Shown here one piece after another: positions 41,573 to 50,708 of a DNA stretch of 64,000 bases. Each line of letters begins with the position of its first letter. The stretch's first letter is position 1. The translations under genes were made by a program, and so were the position numbers. The stretch comes from an uncultured Acidobacteriota bacterium (GTDB taxonomy: Bacteria > Acidobacteriota > UBA6911 > RPQK01 > JAPXNP01), in NCBI GenBank assembly GCA_963777605.1, contig CAVZRV010000029.1:384001-448000 (forward strand). Reading direction: 5' to 3'. The notes beneath the pieces were generated by a model. The model was given only the letters and a program-made list of their open reading frames with translations, searched no databases and was not told where the DNA came from.

Positions 41573-43399
41573 ATGGAAGATAAGTTCCGAGTTCTGAGGA
41601 ATGCCGAGAAATACGTCGTCAACGGGCAGTTTGACCGTGCGGTAACCGAGTATCGAAGGATCGTCGAAGTTCACGGTGAGGATCCTTCTGTCCTGAACAC
41701 GCTTGGGGACCTGCTTCTCAAGACCAACCAGAGAGAGCAGGCTCTGGGGTGTTTCCTCCGCGTGGCAGAGATCTTCAGTCAGAGCGGCTTCATTTCTAAA
41801 GCCATCGCAATCTATCGGAAAGTCGAGCAGCTCAACCCGTCGTCAAGGGAGGCTGTTGGAAAGCTGGCCGAATTGTACACGCGCCGGGGATTGCGTTCGG
41901 AAGCGCTCAAGTATTGGCGTCGGTTCGGTGACCTCCTCGAGCAGGCCGGCGAGAAGGACGGCCTGGTGACGGCTAGAAGGCAGATCGCCGAGATGGATGC
42001 CGGGAACCCGACGGCTCACACCGAACTGGCTGGCGTGCTCAGTTCTGTGAGTGTCGATGAGGCTGCCCAGGAGTACCTTGCCGGCGCCCGCCTGTTCATG
42101 GCTTCCGAAGCATACTCGGATGCCGAAGGCGCCGCCCGGCAGGCTGTGACTCTCGATAGTTCCTGCTTTGAGGCCCGGGAGATCATTGCTGAAGTGGAGG
42201 AACGACTTCCTTCAGAGGCTCCGGAGGGGCCGGAGGCACGTGGGGAAGTCCCGATGATGGTGGAGGCCGAGCTGGAACCATCGGATGAGCCGGTGTCCCC
42301 CGTTCCGGAACCTCTCGAGTTGGTGGAGGGAGAAACCTTGGCGGCCGTTGAGCCCGCGTCGGTTCCTGCCGAGACGCCGCCTCCGGAGCTTCCTGAGGCT
42401 GAGCTTGAACCGGACGATCTTCAGGCTGAGGCGGACAAGTGGAGCGCGGAACTGGCTGAGGAGGCTTTTTTCGATATTGACGAAGGCTCTTCTGTGACTC
42501 TGGAGGAAACTGAACCGCGTGAGTCGATTGATGAGCCGCCCGGCGATGAAGACAGTTTCTTCACCGACCTGGCTGAGTCGGCGGCATCTTCCCCTGTCAC
42601 AAACGTGCCACCGTCGAGCCCGGCTGGCCCCAGTGCGGTGCGGCCGGTGGAGCCTTCCCCGCCGTCGAACCCGGCGAGAGCGCCTTCGAATCTGCTGGAA
42701 GAAGTTGATTTCTACCTTAAACTCGATTTGAAAGAGGATGCGGAGAGAATCCTGGGCGGTCTGCTCGCGAGCCATCCCGATGATCCTCGGGTGCAGGCTC
42801 GGGCGGAGCAGTTGGGCTTGGTAGCAAGAGATGCCGAGTCCGAACTGGATAGCTCGTCCACTCAGGATACTCCGTCCGACGAACCGGACGAGTTGTCTCC
42901 CTATGCCGCAGATGTCGAATCAGCCCTGGATGATCTCTTCTTCGAAGAGGCTGAAGAGCCGGCTGATCCCGACAAGAACGCAACGGCATCGGATCTGGCT
43001 GCGGATTCCGATGAACCAAGGGCCAACTTTGACCTCGGTATGGCCTACAGGGAAATGGGTATGTTCGAGGACGCGATCTCGAAGTTCTCTCGTGGCTACG
43101 AGCGCTCCATGGAACTGGATCAACCTGCACAGGCACTGAATTGTGCCGCGATGTTGGCCTCGACCTGCCTCTTGCTTGATAATGCTGAAGAATCGTTGAA
43201 GTGGGCCGACATCGCCCTCGGGCTGCCTCTGAGTGATTCCCTGGACTACAGGGCCCTGGAATATGACCGGGCGGCGGCATTGGAACTGTCGGGACGAACC
43301 GAAGAAAGCCTTGAAGTCTACAGGAGGATCCTGGCTCAGGATCCCGAGTTCAGAGATGTCCAGGAACGCGTGTTCCGCCTCGGTCAGATGCCCGGTTAA
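41573..43399 (+). CDS. TPR protein with acidic linker (N- and C-terminal TPR clusters)
   Basis: LNTLGDL, KAIAIYRK, acidic Pro/Glu-rich middle, EVDFY, FDLGMAYREMGM and DPEFRDV. Confidence 0.8.
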   Translation: MEDKFRVLRNAEKYVVNGQFDRAVTEYRRIVEVHGEDPSVLNTLGDLLLKTNQREQALGCFLRVAEIFSQSGFISKAIAIYRKVEQLNPSSREAVGKLAELYTRRGLRSEALKYWRRFGDLLEQAGEKDGLVTARRQIAEMDAGNPTAHTELAGVLSSVSVDEAAQEYLAGARLFMASEAYSDAEGAARQAVTLDSSCFEAREIIAEVEERLPSEAPEGPEARGEVPMMVEAELEPSDEPVSPVPEPLELVEGETLAAVEPASVPAETPPPELPEAELEPDDLQAEADKWSAELAEEAFFDIDEGSSVTLEETEPRESIDEPPGDEDSFFTDLAESAASSPVTNVPPSSPAGPSAVRPVEPSPPSNPARAPSNLLEEVDFYLKLDLKEDAERILGGLLASHPDDPRVQARAEQLGLVARDAESELDSSSTQDTPSDEPDELSPYAADVESALDDLFFEEAEEPADPDKNATASDLAADSDEPRANFDLGMAYREMGMFEDAISKFSRGYERSMELDQPAQALNCAAMLASTCLLLDNAEESLKWADIALGLPLSDSLDYRALEYDRAAALELSGRTEESLEVYRRILAQDPEFRDVQERVFRLGQMPG

Positions 43400-43647
43400 T
43401 GCTTGCTAAACTACTCTTCGGTATTTACGTTCTCTATTGCTTCGAAGTCGGTCTCTTCCTGATCGTCTTCCCCTGGATGGACTTTTGGCAAAACAACCTC
43501 CTGCTGGAATACCTGCCGGTCCTCAAGATTATCCTGCTGAACAACTTCTTCCGGGGGGCGGTGACGGGGCTCGGAATCGCAAATCTTATCCTGGGAGCCT
43601 GGGAGCTTGCCGGACTGCGCCGGAATTTTCGAAAAAAGCAGGTTTGA
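43399..43647 (+). CDS. Small membrane protein
   Basis: Two hydrophobic segments (CFEVGLFLIVFPW, FRGAVTGLG). Start overlaps the upstream stop (TAATG). Confidence 0.7.
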   Translation: MLAKLLFGIYVLYCFEVGLFLIVFPWMDFWQNNLLLEYLPVLKIILLNNFFRGAVTGLGIANLILGAWELAGLRRNFRKKQV

Positions 43648-44260
43648 AACGCCGATTTGGTACGGCATCAGCGACCGCCGATTCTTTCCGAATCTGTCCC
43701 TGGAAACCTACGTTCGCCTCCTGTTTGAGACCTCGGCCGACGTCGTCCAGTTGAGGGAGAAAGACCTCGATTGGCGGGAACTTCTCGAGGCGACCAGCGT
43801 CGGATCGAGGGTAGCCAGGCAGCAGGGAAAGATCTGGCTCGTCAACGGCGATGTTGAGGTAGCCCTGGCAGGCGGTGCCACTGGAGTGCACCTCCCTGGC
43901 GGCGGAAACGTCCTCGCCGCCAGGGAGCGCGCCCGTGGGTCAGGTCGGACTGACTTCGTAGTGGGGCTCTCCGTGCACTCGATCGAGGAGGCGATGGCTG
44001 CCGAGAATGACGGTGTGGACTATTTTCTGCTCGGACCAGTGTTTCCTCCCCTCTCAAAAGAAGGGCGGCCCCCGATCGGTCTCGAGCTTCTCGGGGAAGC
44101 GTGCAGGAGGTTGCGAGCCCCGGTAATCGCTCTCGGGGGCATTTCCCGGCAGAACTACGAGTCCGTTCTGGGAGCGGGAGCCGCAGGCGCAGCCGGCATC
44201 TCCTGGCTTGCGGAGGAAATTCGGAACCGCCTTGAGGGCTTGACTGGTCGACGCTTCTGA
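43607..44260 (+). CDS. thiE: Thiamine phosphate synthase ThiE/TenI family (start uncertain)
   Basis: VQLREKDL, GVHL, SVHS.EE, DY..GPVF..SK and ALGGI motifs. Confidence 0.75.
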   Translation: MPDCAGIFEKSRFETPIWYGISDRRFFPNLSLETYVRLLFETSADVVQLREKDLDWRELLEATSVGSRVARQQGKIWLVNGDVEVALAGGATGVHLPGGGNVLAARERARGSGRTDFVVGLSVHSIEEAMAAENDGVDYFLLGPVFPPLSKEGRPPIGLELLGEACRRLRAPVIALGGISRQNYESVLGAGAAGAAGISWLAEEIRNRLEGLTGRRF

Positions 44261-44278
44261 GCTGTCTCCTGTCTCGGA

Positions 44279-45325
44279 TCATTCCTCGGGTGCGCCCAAT
44301 CCGTACAGGGCACCTTTGCGGGCAATATCCGATGACCGAACGGCTTCCCGGTACTGCTTGTAGAGAGCAAGATCCTTCTGCTCGCGGACCAGATCCTCGA
44401 GAGCCTGGAGCCGGGGGATGAACTTGTCGATATTCTCTTTCAGGTTCTTGAGGGCCTTGCGAATGTCCTTCTCTTTGGCGGCTTTGGTCCGGGCCTTCTC
44501 GTCGATGTTGGTCATAATTCCGTTAATGGCCCGGTCGTATCCATGGAGCAGGTCTTCGTATGTGTAGAACTCGAGCGGATTCGGTTCTTCCTCGTCCCAC
44601 TCACGGCCTTCCCGGCGCCGGTCGATTTCGTCGAGGCGAGCGGTGGCAATCTTCAAGAACACCTCGACGCGTTTGGGAAGCTCCTGGGCGTACTGGACCT
44701 TCTGGTACTCCTCTTCTGTGAACTTGTCGATGTCCCAGAGTCCCCGCTGCAAAGAGGAACTGGTTACCGGTCGAGAAGATGGGGCGAACCCGGATGCAAC
44801 CCGCGTGGCTAGTCCGCCATGACCTGGTGTGACTCGGCCTATCGCCTTGCCGAACAGTTGCTGCAGAAGCTGATCCCGGAGCTTCTCGGCGACGCTGACG
44901 GTCTCCTCGAACTGATCCCGGTTCTCCAGCGGAACGAGGAGCATCTGGCTCGACAGTTGTTCGGTTAGCTTTCTCAGGAAGATCTCGAGCTTCTTGACTT
45001 GCTTGTCTCTACGTTCCTTTTCGTTGCTTTCGTTGACGGAGAGGTCGAGCAGGGTACTGCAAACGCTTTTGAGTTCAGCAAGAGTGCGAAAGATCACCGC
45101 CAGGTTGCGCTTGGCCAACTCGGTCTGGAGTCGTTTGGAACGCCGCTCCATGACTTTCCGAAGTACTTCGACCTTGTCTTTGTAACGGGTCTTTCGGTAC
45201 AGCTCGGACTGTTCGTGTTGGGTCAGTATCTGATCCAGAGGGATGCGTTCCGGGGTCTCCTCCGCCTGTCCCACCCCGACTGGTAATACCGTCAGCCATG
45301 CCAGGAGGAGAACTGAGAACATCAC
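44279..45325 (-). CDS. Secreted helical hypothetical protein with two similar domains
   Basis: Signal peptide; start overlaps argS stop; charged helical composition. Confidence 0.7.
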   Translation of the reverse strand: MMFSVLLLAWLTVLPVGVGQAEETPERIPLDQILTQHEQSELYRKTRYKDKVEVLRKVMERRSKRLQTELAKRNLAVIFRTLAELKSVCSTLLDLSVNESNEKERRDKQVKKLEIFLRKLTEQLSSQMLLVPLENRDQFEETVSVAEKLRDQLLQQLFGKAIGRVTPGHGGLATRVASGFAPSSRPVTSSSLQRGLWDIDKFTEEEYQKVQYAQELPKRVEVFLKIATARLDEIDRRREGREWDEEEPNPLEFYTYEDLLHGYDRAINGIMTNIDEKARTKAAKEKDIRKALKNLKENIDKFIPRLQALEDLVREQKDLALYKQYREAVRSSDIARKGALYGLGAPEE

Positions 45326-47280
45326 ATTCGCTCCGGAACCTCTATGCCAAGCAGGTCAAGCACCCTGTTTAGGCCGTGGCGGACGGTATCGGTGACGGTG
45401 AGGTGAAAGGCCTTGCGCTCTTCGTTCTCTTCCGAAAGGATGTGGTGAGAGTGATAAAAGAGATTGAACTGCTGGGCAAGGCTGAAGGCATGCTTGGCAG
45501 CACCCGACAACTCCAGCGACTCGACCGCCTGGGCGATTGCGTCGTCCGTGCGGGACAGTTCTCGGAGTAGCCCCCAGACGTCGTCATCTTCCAGCCAGCC
45601 TTCGATCTCCGGACTGTCCCAGAGTCCTTCGCATAGGGAGTCCCAGTGCCCGTCGTCCCAGCTTTCCTGGCGTTCAGCCAGCTTCCGAAAGATGTTGTTG
45701 GACCGTACAATCGAATACTGCAGATAGGGGCCGGTCTCTCCCTCGAAGCTGAGTGCTTCGTCGAAATCGAAGGCAATCACCGAGTTCCGGGTGTACTTCA
45801 GCATGAAGTAGCGCAGAGCTCCGACGGCGATCTGGCGGGCAATCTCGGTGCGCTGTTCGGGATCGAGATCTTGTTGACGACGTTCGACTTCCTGGAGTGA
45901 CTTCTCGATCAACTTGTCGATCAGGTCGTCGGCCTTGACGCCGAGCCCCTTCCGCCCCGACACTTCGACATAGGGCCTTGCCTGATCTTCCTCCGAAAGT
46001 TCGATGTCCAGTTCTCTGCAGGTTCGGGGGGAAAGTGCGACCATCTCATAGGAGAAGTGGACGGAACGCTCCGCCTCGTCCAGGTACCCCAAGTTTCGCA
46101 AGCCCTGAACGACTACCCGTTGGAGGTAGGCCTGCCGAACGTCGATCACGTTGTAGACCCGGTCAGCGCCTCCGAAGGCAGGTTCGGAGTCCCCTTCGGG
46201 AACCATGGACGTTTCCCATACCACGTGACCGTCGTCGTAGCGGTGGAACGGGCGGTAGTGAAAGGTCCGGCCCAGGAGGCCGAATTTCCAGAGTTGGTAA
46301 GCAATGTCTTTACCGACGTAGGTGACCGTGCCGTTGCTACGGACGATAATCTTCACCTCGTCGGGCTGACCTCCCTCTCCGGGGAGATCCATGACCCAAC
46401 AGCCTTTACTTGGACCGTCGTCCACGAGGTACACGGCTTTCTTCTCTTTGAGAAGTTGAAAAGCGTCTTCCCAGAAGTGCAGGTGAAGGATCTCGCTCTC
46501 CCGGGGGAGAACATCGTACCGAACCCCGAGTCGATCCATCGTCGCCAGGTGGGCACGGACGATCCGTCCTGAAATGTGTTCTGCCAGAGGGAAGAACGGC
46601 TCCTCGCCGTGTTCAATCGCAGAAAGCACCTGCTGTCGATGTTCGGTCCGGGACTTGTCGGCATCGAACCACTCCGAGACCTGTGCGTAAAGGTCCCAGC
46701 AATAATAGTCGAAAGGTTCGGGGATTGCCCTGACCTGCTCCAAGTCGAGATTCCGCAGGAAATGGAACCCGACAACGACGTCCGCTACCTGGACGCCAGT
46801 GTTGTCAATGTAGTTCTGGACTTCGACCGTGCGTCCCTGGCTCCGCATCAGGCGGACGCATGTGTCTCCCAGAATAGCGTTGCGAAGGTGACCGATGTGG
46901 GCAGCCTTGTTCGGGTTGATGTTGGTGTGTTCGACAATGACTTTGCCCGACGAAGCCGGCTCCGCTGAACCTCGCAAGCGACCATGGAGTTCCCGGAAGA
47001 GCAGAACCCGGTCGAGAAACAGGTTGATGAATCCGGGAGGTGCTGCCTCCATGCGGCGGATTCCTTCAATCGGTCCAATTGAATCGACCACTTCCTGGGC
47101 AATCTGACGCGGGGCCTTGCGCAGGGTCCGGGCCATCTGCAGAGGGAAGGGAAGGGCAAGATCGCCCATCTCGATTCGAGGTGGAATCTCAATCGTGAGT
47201 TCAGGCGACTCAACTCCGAAGTGGCTCTCGATGAATTCGCGAAATCGTACTCTGATCTGGTCAACGCGATCCGGAAACAT
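45322..47280 (-). CDS. argS: Arginine--tRNA ligase
   Basis: EHTNINPNK..HIGHLRN, YVGKDIAY, SGRKG and FEGETGPYLQY motifs; ends PERM. Confidence 0.95.
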   Translation of the reverse strand: MFPDRVDQIRVRFREFIESHFGVESPELTIEIPPRIEMGDLALPFPLQMARTLRKAPRQIAQEVVDSIGPIEGIRRMEAAPPGFINLFLDRVLLFRELHGRLRGSAEPASSGKVIVEHTNINPNKAAHIGHLRNAILGDTCVRLMRSQGRTVEVQNYIDNTGVQVADVVVGFHFLRNLDLEQVRAIPEPFDYYCWDLYAQVSEWFDADKSRTEHRQQVLSAIEHGEEPFFPLAEHISGRIVRAHLATMDRLGVRYDVLPRESEILHLHFWEDAFQLLKEKKAVYLVDDGPSKGCWVMDLPGEGGQPDEVKIIVRSNGTVTYVGKDIAYQLWKFGLLGRTFHYRPFHRYDDGHVVWETSMVPEGDSEPAFGGADRVYNVIDVRQAYLQRVVVQGLRNLGYLDEAERSVHFSYEMVALSPRTCRELDIELSEEDQARPYVEVSGRKGLGVKADDLIDKLIEKSLQEVERRQQDLDPEQRTEIARQIAVGALRYFMLKYTRNSVIAFDFDEALSFEGETGPYLQYSIVRSNNIFRKLAERQESWDDGHWDSLCEGLWDSPEIEGWLEDDDVWGLLRELSRTDDAIAQAVESLELSGAAKHAFSLAQQFNLFYHSHHILSEENEERKAFHLTVTDTVRHGLNRVLDLLGIEVPERM

Positions 47281-47397
47281 AAGCAAGTATGATAGCAAAG
47301 TCACGGATTCGAACCTGTCTCGTCTTGCGGCGCCTGTTCAGTGGCGGGCGGATCGGTAAAATGGAGTCGCTGCATACAGTTGGGATTTTGATCAGTT

Positions 47398-48816
47398 ATG
47401 ACCAAGCTTCTGTTGTTTGACGCATTCAATGGCGTATCGGGGGACATGATTCTGGGATCCCTGATCGATCTGGGAGTTCCGATGGACCATCTCGAGGGGC
47501 AGCTTTCGCTTCTCGAACTCGGTGGCTATTCCCTCGAAGCCTCCCCGATCAAGCGAAACGATGTGATGGGGGTCAACTTCAAGGTCCGCTTGGAGGACAC
47601 TCAGGAGCCGCGATCGGATTCGGTGCAGGGACCTGCTCACGTTCACTCCCACGATCACGACCAGGATCACGATCACGACCATCATCACCACGACCACCAT
47701 CATGAGCACGACCACGATCACGACCATCATCACCACGACCACCATCATGAGCACGATCCCTCGGCACGCGACCACGTTCATGATGCTGCTGGAGACCATG
47801 GCCACGCCCACGGATCCTTTTCCGAGATCCGTGCAATGATCGAGCGGTCCGGGTTGCCAAAGCGGGTGAAGGAACGATCGATCGCCATTTTTGAGCGTCT
47901 GGCCCAGGCGGAGTCGCACGCTCACGGGACGTCGATCGAGCAGGTGCATTTTCACGAGGTTGGGGCGGTGGACTCGATCGTGGATATCGTGGGCGCCTGT
48001 ATCGGCTTTGACTACCTTGGTATCGACGAGTTTTACGCGTCGGCGATCAACCTGGGAGGCGGCACGGTTTCCTTTTCCCACGGGACCTGGCCGGTCCCGG
48101 CTCCGGCGACGGCGGAACTCCTGAAGGGCTTCCCGGTCGAGTACAGTGAGATCCAGGCAGAGTTGACGACGCCGACCGGAGCCGCGATCGTGGCGACCCT
48201 GGTGGATTCCGAACGATTGACGCCGAAGTTCAGAATGGGGGCTGCCGGATTGGGCGCCGGCGACCGGGAACTCCCGTCGATTCCCAACATGCTAAGATTG
48301 GTGGTTGGAGAGAGATTCGAGGGCGGGGAAACAGTTGCTCCGCCCGGTGTCGGGTCTGAACGGGTGGTCCTGCTCGAGGCCAACATCGACGACATGGATG
48401 CGGAGATGTTTGGGCATTTCATGGACGTTGCATTGGAGAACGGAGCGCTGGACGTCTTTTTCGCTCCGATCCAGATGAAGAAGAACCGACCAGGTCACTT
48501 GTTGACTGTCCTGTGCCGGCCCGAAGACCGGGAACGTTTTACGGACCTGGTTTTCGCCGAGACGACGACTCTTGGATTGCGCTGTCGCGAATTGGATCGG
48601 TTCGTGCTCGCCAGGGAATCTGTCGTAGTTGAAACGGTTTTCGGGTCGCTGCGGTGCAAGGTGAGCCGAAAGGGTGGCCGGGTTGTGGATGTCTCTCCGG
48701 AGTACGACGACTTGAGCCGATTGGCGCGTAGTGCCGGTGTTCCGATGCGGGAAGTCCGGCGTAAAACCTGGGGACAAATTGCAGAGCTGGACATATGGGA
48801 AAGAAGTTCTACTTAA
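47398..48816 (+). CDS. larC: Nickel pincer cofactor biosynthesis protein LarC
   Basis: GVSGDM.LG, His-rich tract, VHFHEVGAVDSIVD, TPTGAA, EANIDD, MKKNRPG, ETTTLG and PEYDD motifs. Confidence 0.93.
   Translation: MTKLLLFDAFNGVSGDMILGSLIDLGVPMDHLEGQLSLLELGGYSLEASPIKRNDVMGVNFKVRLEDTQEPRSDSVQGPAHVHSHDHDQDHDHDHHHHDHHHEHDHDHDHHHHDHHHEHDPSARDHVHDAAGDHGHAHGSFSEIRAMIERSGLPKRVKERSIAIFERLAQAESHAHGTSIEQVHFHEVGAVDSIVDIVGACIGFDYLGIDEFYASAINLGGGTVSFSHGTWPVPAPATAELLKGFPVEYSEIQAELTTPTGAAIVATLVDSERLTPKFRMGAAGLGAGDRELPSIPNMLRLVVGERFEGGETVAPPGVGSERVVLLEANIDDMDAEMFGHFMDVALENGALDVFFAPIQMKKNRPGHLLTVLCRPEDRERFTDLVFAETTTLGLRCRELDRFVLARESVVVETVFGSLRCKVSRKGGRVVDVSPEYDDLSRLARSAGVPMREVRRKTWGQIAELDIWERSST
47668..47757 (+). 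repeat. In-frame 45-bp tandem duplication in the larC His tract
   Basis: 47668-47712 and 47713-47757 are identical at 44/45 nt and both encode HDHDHHHHDHHHEHD. Confidence 0.9.
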
Positions 48817-50708
48817 CCACACCCCTGTATTACGTGAACGGAGTGCCGCATGTCGGTCACGTTTACACCACGGTGATCGCCAACGCCATCGCGCGCTACA
48901 AGAGGCTTTGCGGCCTGGACGTGTGTGCTTTGACGGGAACGGACGAACACGGGTTGAAGATCGAGCGGGCGGCCCGGGACCAAGGCCTTGAACCGCAGCA
49001 GTTGACGGACAAGTATGCCGCCACTTTCACGGAAGCCTGGGATCGGCTTGGTCTCCAGTTCGATGCCTTCATTCGGACCACTCAGCCGCGTCATGCTGAG
49101 GCGGTCGGGGAGATCGCACGCCGCATTCGGGAGAACGGCTACATCTATCTCGGCGAGTACAGCGGCAACTACTGCGTCAGTTGCGAAGCCTATGCTCCAG
49201 AAGGGGAGAAGACCTGCCCCGATTGCGGTCGCCCGACCGAGTTCATGACCGAGGCAAGCTACTTCTTCAAGCTGTCGGATTTCCAGCAGAAGCTGCTGCG
49301 CTTTTACGAGAGCAACTCCGACTTCGTTGTTCCCCAGACCCGAATGAACGAGATCGTCAGCTTCGTCAAGGGCGGCCTGCGCGACATCAGCATCAGCCGC
49401 ACCTCGTTTCGGTGGGGAATCCCGATTCCCGATGATCCCGCGCACATTTTCTACGTCTGGTTCGACGCCTTGACCGGTTACCTCTCCGGCATCGGTTTTC
49501 CGTCCGACGAGGACGGGTTTGCAAAGCGCTGGCCCGCCGACGTCCAGTTGATCGGGAAGGACATCCTGCGCTTTCACGCCGTTTACTGGCCCGCATTTCT
49601 CATGGCCGCAGGGCTGGAGCCGCCGCGGCGGATTCTGGTCAATGGGTGGTGGACCGTGGACGGGGAAAAGATGTCGAAGTCCCGGGGCAACTTCATCACG
49701 GCCGAAGAGCTGACCCAGAAGCTGCCGGCCGACTACATCAAGTACTTTCTCCTGCGGGAAATCCCGATCGGCGGTGACGGAGACTTCTCTTACGGGGCCC
49801 TCGTGAACCGGGTCAACAGCGACCTCGCCAACGATGTCGGCAACCTGGCGAACCGAACCCTGAAGATGATCGAGAACTACTTCGACGGAGTGATCCCCGA
49901 GCGGGATCTGGCCGAAGGCGGTGACGAAGAGTTGATCCGTTTTTGTCGTGAAACGGTCGAGCTGTTCCGGGAGAACTTTGACCGTCTGCAGATCAGCAAG
50001 GGACTGGAGAACGTTTGGGAACTGGTTTCGGTCTCGAACCGCTACCTGGTGGCCAACGAGCCCTGGGCCCTGGCGCGCGAGCGGGAGAAGCGGAAGCGCC
50101 TTGCTTCGGTGCTCTACAACTCGGCTGAGACGATTCGGATCATTGCACTCCTGCTCTCTCCGATTGTTCCGGACGGGTCTGCCGCGATCTTTTCCCAGCT
50201 CGGAATCCAGGAGCCGATTGACTCGATGAAGGCCGAAGCCCTGCGTTGGGGAGGGCTCAAGCATGGCACGCGCATCGGCAAGGTGGAAGCCGTTTTCCCC
50301 CGTCTCGAACTCGAAAGCCTGACCTCGACGGAAAAGGCACCGGAATCACCCGCGGACCCCGAAAGCGAAACGCCGGCTGAAAAACCCCAGGTCGGGATCG
50401 AGGATTTTGCCAAGGTCGAGATGCGGGTTGCCCAGATCGTCTCGGCCGAGCGGGTGCCCAAGTCCAAGAAACTGCTCAAGCTGCAGGTGGACCTGGGTGG
50501 TGAGCGGAGGCAAGTCGTCGCCGGAATCGGTGAAGCCTATGACCCGGAAACCCTGCCGGGGCGAAAGGTGGCCGTGGTGACCAACCTGAAGCCGGCGAAG
50601 CTGATGGGATTGGAGTCGAACGGCATGATTGTAGCGGCCTCCGATGAAGGAAAGCCCGTGCTCGTCACCTTTACCGAGAACGTGACGCTGGGCAGCCGGC
50701 TGCGATGA
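48795..50708 (+). CDS. metG: Methionine--tRNA ligase with C-terminal tRNA-binding domain
   Basis: HVGH, TGTDEHG, YVWFDAL, KMSKS and NLKPAKLMG.ES.GM motifs. Confidence 0.97.
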   Translation: MGKKFYLTTPLYYVNGVPHVGHVYTTVIANAIARYKRLCGLDVCALTGTDEHGLKIERAARDQGLEPQQLTDKYAATFTEAWDRLGLQFDAFIRTTQPRHAEAVGEIARRIRENGYIYLGEYSGNYCVSCEAYAPEGEKTCPDCGRPTEFMTEASYFFKLSDFQQKLLRFYESNSDFVVPQTRMNEIVSFVKGGLRDISISRTSFRWGIPIPDDPAHIFYVWFDALTGYLSGIGFPSDEDGFAKRWPADVQLIGKDILRFHAVYWPAFLMAAGLEPPRRILVNGWWTVDGEKMSKSRGNFITAEELTQKLPADYIKYFLLREIPIGGDGDFSYGALVNRVNSDLANDVGNLANRTLKMIENYFDGVIPERDLAEGGDEELIRFCRETVELFRENFDRLQISKGLENVWELVSVSNRYLVANEPWALAREREKRKRLASVLYNSAETIRIIALLLSPIVPDGSAAIFSQLGIQEPIDSMKAEALRWGGLKHGTRIGKVEAVFPRLELESLTSTEKAPESPADPESETPAEKPQVGIEDFAKVEMRVAQIVSAERVPKSKKLLKLQVDLGGERRQVVAGIGEAYDPETLPGRKVAVVTNLKPAKLMGLESNGMIVAASDEGKPVLVTFTENVTLGSRLR

